Source of the DNA: Octopus sinensis
Taxonomy: Eukaryota
NCBI RefSeq assembly: GCF_006345805.1
Contig: NC_043025.1
Coordinates: forward strand, 10,230,001 to 10,294,000
DNA: 64,000 nt
Direction of reading: 5' to 3'
Below are positions 33,101 through 45,090 of the stretch, piece after piece. Below the pieces are notes generated by a model. That model saw nothing but the letters and a program-made list of their open reading frames with translations. It was not told the origin of the DNA and ran no database searches. The position numbers and the translations under genes were made by a program. Each line of letters opens with the position of its first letter. Positions within the stretch are counted from its first letter, which is position 1.

Positions 33101-36100
33101 AACAAGAAATAGCTTACAAACTACAGAATTTTCTCAAGAACACCAAGAGAAAAAGATGCTTTATGTGACACATTCTACCAGTATACGAAAGACATGGAAC
33201 ATTCTAGATTCATGTCAATGTCTGGTGTGGAGAGAAATTAAACAAGAAATAGCTTACAAACTACAGAATTTTCTCAAGAACACCAAGAGAAAAAGATGCT
33301 TTATGTGACACATTCTACCAGTATACGAAAGACATGAAACATTCTAGATTCATGTCAATGTCTGGTGTGGAGAGAAATTAAACAAGAAATAGCTTACAAA
33401 CTACAGAATTTTCTCAAGAACACCAAGAGAAAAAGATGTTTTATGTGACACATTCTACCAGTATACGAAAGACATGGAACATTCTAGATTCATGTCAATG
33501 TCTGGTGTGGAGAGAAATTAAACAAGAAATAGCTTACAAACTACAGAATTTTCTCAAGAACACCAAGAGAAAAAGATGCTTTATGTGACACATTCTACCA
33601 GTATACGAAAGACATGGAACATTCTAGATTCATGTCAATGTCTGGTGTGGAGAGAAATTAAACAAGAAATAGCTTACAAACTACAGAATTTTCTCAAGAA
33701 CACCAAGAGAAAAAGATGCTTTATGTGACACATTCTACCAGTATACGAAAGACATGGAACATTCCAGATTCATGTCAATGTCTGGTGTGGAGAGAAATTA
33801 AACAAGAAATAGCTTACAAACTACAGAATTTTCTCAAGAACACCAAGAGAAAAAGATGCTTTATGTGACACATTCTACCAGTATACGAAAGACATGGAAC
33901 ATTCTAGATTCATGTCAATGTCTGGTGTGGAGAGAAATTAAACAAGAAATAGCTTACAAACTACAGAATTTTCTCAAGAACACCAAGAGAAAAAGATGCT
34001 TTATGTGACACATTCTACCAGTATACGAAAGACATGAAACATTCTAGATTCATGTCAATGTCTGGTGTGGAGAGAAATTAAACAAGAAATAGCTTACAAA
34101 CTACAGAATTTTCTCAAGAACACCAAGAGAAAAAGATGCTTTATGTGACACATTCTACCGGTATACGAAAGACATGGAACATTCCAGATTCATGTCAATG
34201 TCTGGTGTGGAGAGAAATTAAACAAGAAATAGCTTACAAACTACAGAATTTTCTCAAGAACACCAAGAGAAAAAGATGCTTTATGTGACACATTCTACCA
34301 GTATACGAAAGACATGGAACATTCTAGATTCATGTCAATGTCTGGTGTGGAGAGAAATTAAACAAGAAATAGCTTACAAACTACAGAATTTTCTCAAGAA
34401 CACCAAGAGAAAAAGATGCTTTATGTGACACATTCTACCAGTATACGAAAGACATGGAACATTCTAGATTCATGTCAATGTCTGGTGTGGAGAGAAATTA
34501 AACAAGAAATAGCTTACAAACTACAGAATTTTCTCAAGAACACCAAGAGAAAAAGATGCTTTATGTGACACATTCTACCAGTATACGAAAGACATGGAAC
34601 ATTCTAGATTCATGTCAATGTCTGGTGTGGAGAGAAATTAAACAAGAAATAGCTTACAAACTACAGAATTTTCTCAAGAACACCAAGAGAAAAAGATGTT
34701 TTATGTGACACATTCTACCAGTATACGAAAGACATGAAACATTCTAGATTCATGTCAATGTCTGGTGTGGAGAGAAATTAAACAAGAAATAGCTTACAAA
34801 CTACAGAATTTTCTCAAGAACACCAAGAGAAAAAGATGCTTTATGTGACACATTCTTCCAGTATACGAAAGACATGAAACATTCTAGATTCATGTCAATG
34901 TCTGGTGTGGAGAGAAATTAAACAAGAAATAGCTTACAAACTACAGAATTTTCTCAAGAACACCAAGAGAAAAAGATGCTTTATGTGACACATTCTACCA
35001 GTATACGAAAGACATGAAACATCCTAGATTCATGTCAATGTCTGGTGTGGAGAGAAATTAAACAAGAAATAGCTTACAAACTACAGAATTTTCTCAAGAA
35101 CACCAAGAGAAAAAGATGCTTTATGTGACACATTCTACCAGTATACGAAAGACATGAAACATTCTAGATTCATGTCAATGTCTGGTGTGGAGAGAAATTA
35201 AACAAGAAATAGCTTACAAACTACAGAATTTTCTCAAGAACACCAAGAGAAAAAGATGCTTTATGTGACACATTCTACCAGTATATGAAAGACATGAAAC
35301 ATTCTAGATTCATGTCAATGTCTGGTGTGGAGAGAAATTAAACAAGAAATAGCTTACAAACTACAGAATTTTCTCAAGAACACCAAGAGAAAAAGATGTT
35401 TTATGTGACACATTCTACCAGTATACGAAAGACATGGAACATTCTAGATTCATGTCAATGTCTGGTGTGGAGAGAAATTAAACAAGAAATAGCTTACAAA
35501 CTACAGAATTTTCTCAAGAACACCAAGAGAAAAAGATGCTTTATGTGACACATTCTACCAGTATACGAAAGACATGAAACATTCTAGATTCATGTCAATG
35601 TCTGGTGTGGAGAGAAATTAAACAAGAAATAGCTTACAAACTACAGAATTTTCTCAAGAACACCAAGAGAAAAAGATGTTTTATGTGACACATTCTACCA
35701 GTATACGAAAGACATGGAACATTCTAGATTCATGTCAATGTCTGGTGTGGAGAGACATTGGTTGAAATTGCCGAAATACAAGAAATTAAACAAGAAATAG
35801 CTTACAAACTACAGAATTTTCTCAAGAACACCAAGAGAAAAAGATGTTTTATGTGACACATTCTACCAGTAAACGAAAGACATGAAACATTCTAGATTCA
35901 TGTCAATGTCTGGTGTGGAGAGAAATTAAACAAGAAATAGCTTACAAACTACAGAATTTTCTCAAGAACACCAAGAGAAAAAGATGTTTTATGTGACACA
36001 TTCTACCAGTATACGAAAGACATGGAACATTCTAGATTCATGTCAATGTCTGGTGTGGAGAGACATTGGTTGGAATTGCCGAAATGCAAGAAATTAAAGA

Positions 36101-39100
36101 AGAAATAGCTTACAAACTAATATGTGATTAATTCGAATTAATATGTGATTAATTCGAAACATAGGCGCAGGAGTGGCTGTGTGGTAAGTTGCTTGTTTAC
36201 CAACCACATGGTTCCGGGTTCAGTCCCACTGCATGGCACCTTGGGCAAGTGTCTTCTACTATAGCCTCAGGCCAACCAAAGCCTTGTGAGTGGATTTGGT
36301 AGATGGAAACTGAAAGAAGCCTGTCATATATATATATATATATGTATGTGTGTTTGTGTGTCTATGTTTGTCCCACCAAAATCGCTTGACAACCGATGCT
36401 GGTGTGTTTATGTCCCTGTTACTTAGCGGTTCGGCAAAAGAGACCGATAGAATAAGTACTGGGCTTACAAAAGAATAAGTCCCGGGGTCGAGTTGCTCGA
36501 TTAAAGGCGGTGCTCCAGCATGGCCGCAGTCAAATGACTGAAACAAGTAAAAGAGTAAAGAGTATGACATGATGGTCACCCCTGGAGCATTTCTGTTTAT
36601 AAGCCTGTTGGATCATGGCTAACCTGGGGTTAAATAACAACAAAAATGAAGGTAAACACATTTATTAATGTAGTCCTAGATACACTAGGTCCGAGTAAAA
36701 GACAAAATGATCACAGCTGGGATGCCTTTGATCCGAGGTTTGCAGGATCAGGACTGACCTGTGGCTAAACAACAAGAAGGAAGCAAACATAGATGACGTA
36801 ATCCAAGACACACTATGTCTGAATAAAAGACAGGATGGTCACACCTGGATCACCATTGATCATAGATTTGCTGGATTAGAACTGAGCTAGGACTAAAGAA
36901 CTACGATAAATGACACATTAGATAATGTAGTCCTAGATACAAATAATTGACAGGATGGTCACAGCTGGAATATCTTTGATTTTAGGCCTGATGGATCTGG
37001 ACTGACCAGGAACTAAACAACACTAACAATATATATTGATTTCAAATTTTGGCACAAAGCAAGAATGTTTGTTTGTTGTTTGTTCCTTCTCGAGCCGAAC
37101 CTGGCTCATAAGGGTTTCTTGTCGTATTGGTTCCCCACCTGGACGAGACGCCAGTCCGTCACAGGTGAGCTGCAAGATGCAGGAGGAAAGAGTGAGAGAA
37201 AGTTGTGACAAAAGAGTCAGCAGAAGTTCGCCATTACCTTCTGCCGGAGCCGCGTGGAGCTTAGGTGTTTTCGCTCATAAACACACACATCACCTGGTCT
37301 GAGATTCGAACCCACGATCCCTCGACTGCGAGTCCACTGCTCTAACCACTAGGCCATGTGCCTCCACAAAAATAAATGTTCCTTCTCGAGCCATGCCAGG
37401 CTCATAAGGGCCGGTTTCCCGGTTTCCTTGGCGTGTAGGTTCCCCAGCTTGATGAGACGCCGACTGCGTCGCAGGTGAGCTGCAAGATGCAGCAGGAAAG
37501 AGTGAGAGAAAATTGTGGCAAAAGAGTCAGCAGAAGTTCGCCATTACCTTCTGCTGGAACTGCATAGAGCTTAGGTCTTTTCACTCATAAACACACACAT
37601 CACCAGGTCTGAGATTCAAACCCGTGATCCCTCGACCGCGAGTCCGCTGCTCTAACCACTAGGTCATGTGCCTCCACATGACCTATGGGGGTAAGTCAAT
37701 TACATTACACCCACCCACCCCATACAGCTAAGCCTTTTGTCTGCTCTGCTAATGTTTCTGCCAGCTCACTGCCTTAACACCAACATATATTGTAGAATAA
37801 AATGCAATCTCACAGCTAATTCAATTCTCTTTGTCCGCCGCAATCCCTGGCGTTGGCTCAGTTCAGATGGCCGGCCGTCTGTGAAGGAAGAAATTAATAC
37901 ATTAGATATATGTTCAGAGTTTCAAATGGAGGAATAATAATAACTAGCAGGAAATTCGGATCTTTTCGGTTTGAACGGCAGTTTTTTAAAATAATTTCCA
38001 CGTAACTAAACACTTTTAATCTTCGTATACTGGTAGAATGTGTTTATAAAACATCTTTTTCTCTTGGCTTTATTGAGAAAATTCTATAGTTTGTAAGATA
38101 TTTGTTGTTATTTTTCTTCAATTTCAACCAATCAATGACGTCTATTGAGGTGAAAACATTCTGTGCCGTATGAATATGTCCCTCGTTTATTTACATTTGT
38201 GAAGAAAAAAAAGATACCCTTCTCCCCACCCCTAACCCTAACTAACCCTAAAACAGATTGAAATGCAATAGATCGATACTAGGGTCATAATTATGGGTGA
38301 CAATTTCATATGACACTGCTAGAAAAAACTGCCATTCAAACTGAAAAGATCCAGAAATTCCAAAGTATAAATCAGCACATTTGAAAAACACTGTTAGTAT
38401 ATTAGTATATTAAACACAAGCAAGGAATTTCAAAAAATTTTTCAATATCTTGCCATTTAACAAGGAGTTGCTTATTTACCTTCTTAAAATACATTTGACA
38501 GATGTGGTGTCCTCTAGAGTTTAAGGAAATAAAAGATGAATTAAAAAATAAGACTTATGCATATATCGTGATCGTTACCAGCGTCACCTTACTGGCACTT
38601 GTGCCCGTGATAGTAGGGTGCCAAGAGCACCATCCGAGCATGATCGTTACTAGAGCAGCCAAGTGGCTTTCCGTGCCAGTGGCACGTAAAAGGGCACCAT
38701 TCAAGCGTGATCGCTACAAACGTCGCCTTACTGGCACCTGTGCTGGTGGCATGTGTAAAAAGATTTGAGCGAGGTCGTTGCCAGTACCGCCTGACTGGCC
38801 CCCGTGCCAGTGGCACTTAAAAGCACCCACTACACTCTTGGAGTGGTTGGCGTTAGGAAGGGCATCCAGCTGTAGAAACTCTGCCAGATCAGATTGGGGC
38901 CTGGTGCAGCTATCTGGTTCGCCAGCCCTCAGTCAAAATAGGTTTTGGCCTGGGGCACACAAAAGATAAACTTCCACAGTTATTTGCTAAGTTTATTTCA
39001 CTCTAATTTAATGTAACTTTCTATTGATGTATCTTTAAGACATTGTTTCATTATGTCCCACATTTCAATTGTGCCTGTGTATTTAACAGACAAATGCAGA

Positions 39101-40175
39101 ACAATAATACAACAAAGTGCAAATGTATTGAGAGAAAATTTAGTCAGAAGAACAATTAAATCAAATACACAACAGATAAGGCTTTGGGATATCAACAACA
39201 ACTTACCTAAATATGTATAGTCTGGGAGATCAACAAGTGGGCCATAACTGGAGTTGTTGGCAGCTTCTCCTTTGCTGTAAGTTAGATGGGATTTAAAATT
39301 AAAGTCAGTGATAAATTATAAATGAAGGTCTGCTAGGATGTAAGAAGTCCCTTATACACACCACACACACACATCAGTATTCTACACTCGTAATATTTTT
39401 TGACAAGTCTGGATAGTAACTCATAAGTATCCTGTCAAAAACTGATTGATTCTATCCCTTTCGCCTCTAGGACTTCCATTCTCTTTTAACACATCATGAA
39501 ATTTTGTAACAGCACATCCGCTGCCGTTTGTGGAAAACGAAGAGACCCTATTCACCTGCGAACGTTTTACACCGCCTTCCACGACTATCAAATTCTTACA
39601 ATTATGAGAACAATAACATGGCTCTTTTCAAGGCAACCTCGCATTCAATTCTTACACCATTCTACGAGGGGGTAGGAACCCCTTTACACGGCTTTCTATA
39701 CACTTACAAATACATTCATTCGCCGTAAACTTATATCAATATTTGCCTGAATAATCATCATAATTCAGTGCAACCCTATTCACCTGCGAACGTTTTACAC
39801 CGCCTTCCACAACTATCAAATTCTTACAATTATGAGAATAACATGGCTCTTTTCAAGGCAACCTCGCATTCAATTCTTACACCATTCTACGAGGGAGTAG
39901 GAACCCCTTTACACGGCTTTCTATACACTTACAAATATATTCATTCGCCGTAAACTTATATCAATATTTGCCTGAATAATCATCATAATTCAGTGCAATC
40001 ATTAACAGCAGGAGTGGCTGTGTGGTAAGTAGCTTGCTAACCAACCACATGGTTCTGGGTTCAATCCCACTGCGTGGTATCTTGGGCAAATGTCTTCTGC
40101 TATAGCCCCGGGCCGACCAATGCCTTGTGAGTGGATTTGGTAGACGGAAACTGAAAGAAGCCTGTCGTATATATG

Positions 40176-40210
<35 letters not shown>

Positions 40211-42782
40211 TTGTGTGTCTGTGTTTGTCCCCCTAGCATTGCTTGACAACCGATGCTGGTGTATGTTTACGTCCCCGTCACTTAGCGGTTCGGCAAAAGA
40301 GACCGATAGAATAAGTACTGGGCTTACAAAGAATAAGTCCCGGGGTCGATTTGCTCGACTAAAGGTGGTGCTCCAGCATGGCCACAGTCAAATGACTGAA
40401 ACAAGTAAAAGAGTAAAAGAGTATGTGTATAAGTTCCTGGAAATGAGAGAGTGAAAGAGAGAATGAGTATCAGAGGGACTGAACAAGAGAGAGAGAGAAA
40501 GAAAGAAAGAGAGAGTGGAAGTAAGAAACAGAGTGGATGGAAGCATTCCGTCGGTTACGACGACGAGGGTTCCGGTTGATCCGATCAATGGAACAGCCTG
40601 CTTGTGAAATTAACGTGTAAGTGGCTGAGCACTCCACAGACACGTGTACCCTTAACGTAGTTCTCGGGGGAATATTCAGCGTGACACAGAGAGTGACAAG
40701 GCCGGCCCTTTGAAATACAGGTACAACAGAAACAGGAAGTAAGAGTGAGAGAAAGTTGTGGTGAAAGAGTACAGCAGGGATCACCACCATCCCCTGCCGG
40801 AGCCTTGTGGAGCCTTTAGGTGTTTTCGTTCAATAAACACTCACAACGCCCGGTCTGGGAATCGAAACCGCGATCCTACGACCGCGAGTCCGCTGCCCTA
40901 ACCACTGGGCCATTGCGCCTCCACAAGCAACAGAGTAAAACAGAGAGAGAGTGAGAGTAAGGCAAAAAATGGGGGTGGGAGTTATGAAGTTTGAAATACT
41001 TACGAAAATCTGTGTTTAGAACCAACATAAGCGGCAGAGCTTGTTGTTATATGCCGAGAGGTCCCCAGAGGAATATTTACAGTTGTCAGACACACCCTTA
41101 ATTCTGGAAAAAAAAAAAAACATATATATATAAGACACTTGTCCTAAGCCACTTTGACTATTGCTCTCAGCTATGGTCACCATCCAGTGTCAAGTTAATC
41201 ACAGAACTTGAGGCGATCCAACGAAGCTACACGAAGAAGATAGCCTCTGTGCAGCATATAAGATACTGGGAAAGACTCAAGAGATTAAAAGTCTATTCCT
41301 TAGAGCGTAGGCGAGAAAGATATGCCATAATATATATCTGGAAGATCCTGGAAGGACTTGTCCCAAACTTTGGCATCGAGAGTTACACAAATGCCAGAAC
41401 TGGGCGCCACTGCGTGGTGCCAAGGACTCCAAATTTGCCATCAAGATGTAGGACAAGATACTGTGATAGCCTGAGCTTCTGAGGCCCACAGCTCTTCAAT
41501 ATCCTCCTGAAGAACCTGAGGGACCTGCATGGGGTGGATGCGGATGTCTTTAAAGTAGGACTGGATCTCTTCCTGTCAGGTGTCCAGGATGAACCAACTT
41601 CACGGCAGGAGGTGCAGATGAGGGCAGCTGCATCAAACTCTCTCATGCACCAAATGGTAGTTGCTAAAAAGCATTTGTGAGGTAAAATCATGTAGCAACA
41701 CCAAATGGCGGTGCCCCAGCATGGCCACAGCTCAAGAGCTGAAACTGGAAAACATAAACATATATATAGGCGTAGGAGTGGTTGTGTGGTAAGTAGCTTG
41801 CTTACAAACCACATGGTTCCGGGTTCAGTCCCACTGCGTGGCACCTTGGGCAAGTGTCTTCTACTATAGCCTCGGGCCGACCAAAGCCTTGTGAGTGGAT
41901 TTGGTAGACGGAAACTGAAAGAATCTCGTGGTATTAAAAGTAAGTCCTGTGGGTGGGCGATGTGTTCAACTAAAATGTTTCGAGGTGGTGCTCCAGCATG
42001 GCCGCAGTCAAATGACAAACAAGTAAAAGAATATCATAGATGCACACACACATTGAAACTATGAGGTTGCTTCTTAACTACACAACCATGCCTGATGTGC
42101 ATGTATGTGTGTGCACACACATGCATGTATGTGTGTGCACACACATGCATATATGTATGTTTATGTCATGTCACTGATGCTGGTCGACAGGCCACGATCG
42201 TGGGCCGTCGCGCTTTATGCATTAAGGATGACGATTTATTTTTTTTTTTTGTATAACCAACCACATGGTTCCGGGTTCAGTCCCACTGCGTGGCATCTTG
42301 GGCAAGTGTCTTCTGCTAAAGCCCCGGGCCGACCAATGCCTTGTGAGTGGATTTGGTAGACGGAAACTGAAAGAAGCCCGTCGTATATATATATATATAT
42401 ATATGCGTGTGTGTTTGTGTGTCTGTGTTTGTACCCCTAGCATTGCTTGACAACCGATGCTGGTGTGTTTCCGTCCCCGTCACTTAGCGGTTCGGCAAAA
42501 GAGACCGATAGAATAAGTACTGGGCTTACAAAGAATAAGTCCCGGGGTCGATTTGCTCGACTAAAAATGGCGGTGCTCCAGCATGGCCACAGTCAAATGA
42601 CTGAAACAAGTAAAAGAGTAAAGAGAGTATCCGGTACTTCCGGAAGTACACCGGTACTTATACCGTAAGATCGCCAGATTTTGACGGACACAAACAATTC
42701 TACCATTCCACCGTCCAAATCACCGTCTAAATATTTGAAAGTTACACTTACCCTTCAAACATAAGTCAAACAATCTCGCCAT
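30056..42782 (-). CDS. MRPL52: 39S mitochondrial ribosomal protein L52 (mL52), spliced gene, 5 coding exons, 130 aa
   Basis: Minus-strand exons 42782-42752, 41103-41004, 39274-39207, 37878-37814 and 30184-30056 are all GT-AG and total 393 nt. They encode MARLFDLCLKELRVCLTTVNIPLGTSRHITTSSAAYVGSKHRFSKGEAANNSSYGPLVDLPDYTYLDGRPSELSQRQGLRRTKRIELASKVSTYIAEMMEAKKVHQIKLEQKTQEREELIRSQLKPKVHE*, which has the mL52 signature GPLxDLPDYxYxDGRP and a C-terminal LKPK. Confidence 0.95.
30249..36118. repeat. 140-bp tandem satellite, about 42 copies, in MRPL52 intron 4
   Basis: The line pattern recurs every 420 bp (3 x 140) and units are nearly identical. Confidence 0.97.
37814..37878 (-). CDS. MRPL52: MRPL52 exon 4 (DGRPSELSQRQGLRRTKRIELA)
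   Basis: ttccttcacag acceptor, gtgaga donor. Confidence 0.95.
37958..38352 (+). mobile_element. MITE family M1 copy in MRPL52 intron 3
   Basis: TIRs and internal homology. Confidence 0.85.
39207..39274 (-). CDS. MRPL52: MRPL52 exon 3 (KGEAANNSSYGPLVDLPDYTYL)
   Basis: ctaacttacag acceptor, gtaagt donor, family signature. Confidence 0.96.
39545..39997. repeat. About 228-bp direct tandem duplication in MRPL52 intron 2
   Basis: accctattcacctgcgaacg at about 39545 and 39773. Confidence 0.88.
40008..40402 (+). mobile_element. tRNA-derived SINE family S2 with an internal (TA)n(TG)n. Other copies at 12300-12700 (-), 14510-14865 (-), 36165-36565 (+), 42255-42625 (+) and 50185-51030 (-, head triplicated at 204 bp).
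   Basis: GGAGTGGCTGTGTGGTAAGTAGCTTGCT..GGTTCAGTCCC head and AAACAAGTAAAAGAG tail. Confidence 0.88.
41004..41103 (-). CDS. MRPL52: MRPL52 exon 2 (transit-peptide-like LRVCLTT...SRHITTSSAAYVGSKHRF)
   Basis: poly-T ccag acceptor, gtaagt donor. Confidence 0.88.
41130..41690 (+). mobile_element. CR1/L2-group LINE 3' fragment in MRPL52 intron 1
   Basis: DYCSQLWSP..ELEAIQRSYTKKI..YWERLKRLKVYSLERRRER C-terminal RT motif, with an in-frame stop. Confidence 0.82.
42634..42649. promoter_or_regulatory. Palindromic double ETS/GABP-type site GTACTTCCGGAAGTAC in MRPL52 intron 1
   Basis: Perfect 16-bp palindrome containing CCGGAAGT on both strands, about 100 nt from exon 1. Confidence 0.45.
42752..42782 (-). 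CDS. MRPL52: MRPL52 exon 1 (MARLFDLCLK)
   Basis: aataATGGCG start context, G|GTAAGT donor, phase matches exon 2. Confidence 0.85.
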
Positions 42783-43006
42783 TATTTGGTCTGAAATAGA
42801 TCATAACAACGGGAGATGACTCTGTTTTGGCGGTGTTTGTAAAAAAATAGTGGAACGGGGAAATTTTGTCCGTTACTTCGGTTCAACGTCCCAGTTTTTA
42901 TGAATATCCGTCATCTTTATCATACGGTCCCGATCGGGCGATGAGACGTGAATGTCTGGGTAATTTCCTATTTGACGATCGTATAATGAATTTGTTTTAG
43001 ATTCAA

Positions 43007-43406
43007 CTAGCAGTATCGCCCGGCCTTGCTCGGGTTTGTAAGGGAAATAACTATATAAGCATTTTTAGAGGTGTAAAGTATAATAGCCATCTCAGTAAGG
43101 CTAACCACAAAGGGGGTGAGGTGTTACTGTAGCTTTTTACGTTCTGAGATTTAATAATAAATTTTTAGAGAGCTACTTCCCTTATATATGCCAAAAATAC
43201 ATTAAAAATGGGAAAAATTGATGGTAAATTTTTTTTTTTAATCGTAGACTCATCGTTGACGCGCGCTAATACCCAGAAGGGCTTGATATGAATCACGACT
43301 ATAAGATACCCGGTTTTGGTTAAACTGCACCGCAAAATGTGGGAGTAGTTAGGAATCTAAATCGTAGGAGACAGACAGCACACAACCTTACTTTTATATA
43401 TAAAGA
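43007..43406 (-). mobile_element. Non-autonomous Helitron, family B
   Basis: On the minus strand: A|TC 5' end, CCCG..CGGG hairpin and CTAG|T 3' end. Confidence 0.75.
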
Positions 43407-43637
43407 TTTCATTTCAACTCGATTAGCATGCCATTAATCGACATGCTCTTCTTTATTGTAAATCCCAACGATTTGTAGATCAGCAGATAATTAATGAAAG
43501 CTCTACAATTACGACACTAGCTGGAGTTTTGTCAGAATCAGTGACCTGTATTGCTTGGCATGAAGATATCTTGCATGTGCCCAGGGCGAAGCTCTATTCA
43601 AAATAAACTAACATTTCCCCTCACTTTTAACTAGCTG

Positions 43638-44064
43638 GGATCTTTTCCTTTTGATAGACAGAATTCAACACAATTTCTAGTTAACTAAGCAATTTGAAAC
43701 TTCGTATACTGGTAGAATGTGTCAAAAGAAAACATTATTTTCACTTGGCTTTTTTGATAAATCTGTAATTCGTTTGTTTAACGTAGTTTAATTTTTCGAA
43801 TTTTAACCAATCCTATGCTCTCTTTTGTTAAGTTCTTATATTGCTGCGTTATCGATATTGATAAACAAACGAGGCGGGTTGTGTTGACATGTGCTAGAAA
43901 GAAGCCAAGTGAAAATTATGTTTTCTTTTGACACATTCTACCAGTATACGAAGTTTCAAATTGTTTAGTTAACTAAAAATTGTGTTCTACCAGTATACGA
44001 AGTTTCAAATTGTTTAGTTAACTAAAAATTGTGTTGAATTCTGTCTATCAAAAGGAAAAGATCC
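43638..44064. mobile_element. MITE related to M1 with long TIRs (GGATCTTTTCCTTT(T)GATAGACAGAATTCAACACAATTT...)
   Basis: Long terminal inverted repeats, shares CTTCGTATACTGGTAGAATGTG with M1. Confidence 0.75.
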
Positions 44065-45090
44065 ATTAAAAAAATGTGTTCGCTGTGTGTACCATTTATA
44101 ATTATGAAACTTTTTATTGTAATAAACTTTTTGGATCACTGATTTTACGAGCGAGCTTCAGATATGAAATTAGCCACGTCTGGCCTTTTTTTTTTTTTTT
44201 GTCACAGTGACCTTTTGCTAGCTGGAACGTTACATCAGGCACACGCTACGACTAAAGATCGTAACAGTATTTGGATCTTTTCTGTTTGGCTTCACCTGTG
44301 GAAATCTTAAAGTTTAGTGAAAATGGGGCCTTGATTTGGGAGTTCCAGGGTTTCCAGGAGTATAAAACGAATTCATAGTAACTATAATGGAAGGAGGGTT
44401 TTTATGATACTTTTGGGGTATCTTCTTCCATTATAATTATTCTGTTGATTCAAGGAGCTGAAAATGAAGTCCTCAGGCGGAGTAAATTCAATAACCGTTT
44501 ATTCAAAGGTGCTTCATACGAGGGGTTTGCTTTCAGCAACCATCTTCACAGTAGTGTGTAGTTAGCCTTCTCTCCCATACATGTGGGGCTCAATAACCTC
44601 TGGGGACAATGCATGTGGTATCACAGTGGGACAAAGTCTGCTGTGAGCTCCTGACTTCAAAGTCTTGCTCGGCGTCAGCATGAGAAGAATGAGAGGGATT
44701 ACGTTGTTGCCTTTTCCTTAAAGAATGGTTGCAGGCGAGATCTCGTTTTTGTCTCACGTATGGCAATGGTTGCAGGCAAGATCTCGCAGTTTCAAAATGG
44801 TGCTGGCTTCTTTGTACCTCACTACCCTGAGAACACCAGTGTGAAAATAGAGAATAACTGGAGCAGGCACAAGAAAAGAGCAAATGCCGGCATAATTTAC
44901 TCCAAAGGGATGAATCATCTAGAGATGCTGTGGTATAATCCACCTTTTAGACTAAATGTAACCTCAGAAATGCTTCTATATTCTTCCATGCTGTGGATAA
45001 ACATTTTCCATTGTTAAGTTCTTCCATGCTATGGATAAGTACTTTCTATTGCTAAGTTCTTATATTCAACAACTTTGAATGTATACTATA

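Noticed and set aside
30249-36118. CRISPR-like appearance of the regular 140-bp (and 126-bp) repeats
   Set aside because: Whole units are repeated, with no unique spacers and no cas genes, in a eukaryotic intron.
37737-37937. Plus-strand ORF containing SDGRPS
   Set aside because: It is the antisense of MRPL52 exon 4. The spliceable, family-matching frame is on the minus strand.
44200-44290. Minus-strand exon-like segment (VKPNRKDPNTVTIFSRSVCLM*)
   Set aside because: It has a good acceptor but no recognisable homology or provable link to an upstream exon.
44440-45020. Possible solo LTR (unique, GC-richer segment with AATAAA on the minus strand)
   Set aside because: I could not establish TG...CA ends with a matching target-site duplication or a second copy.
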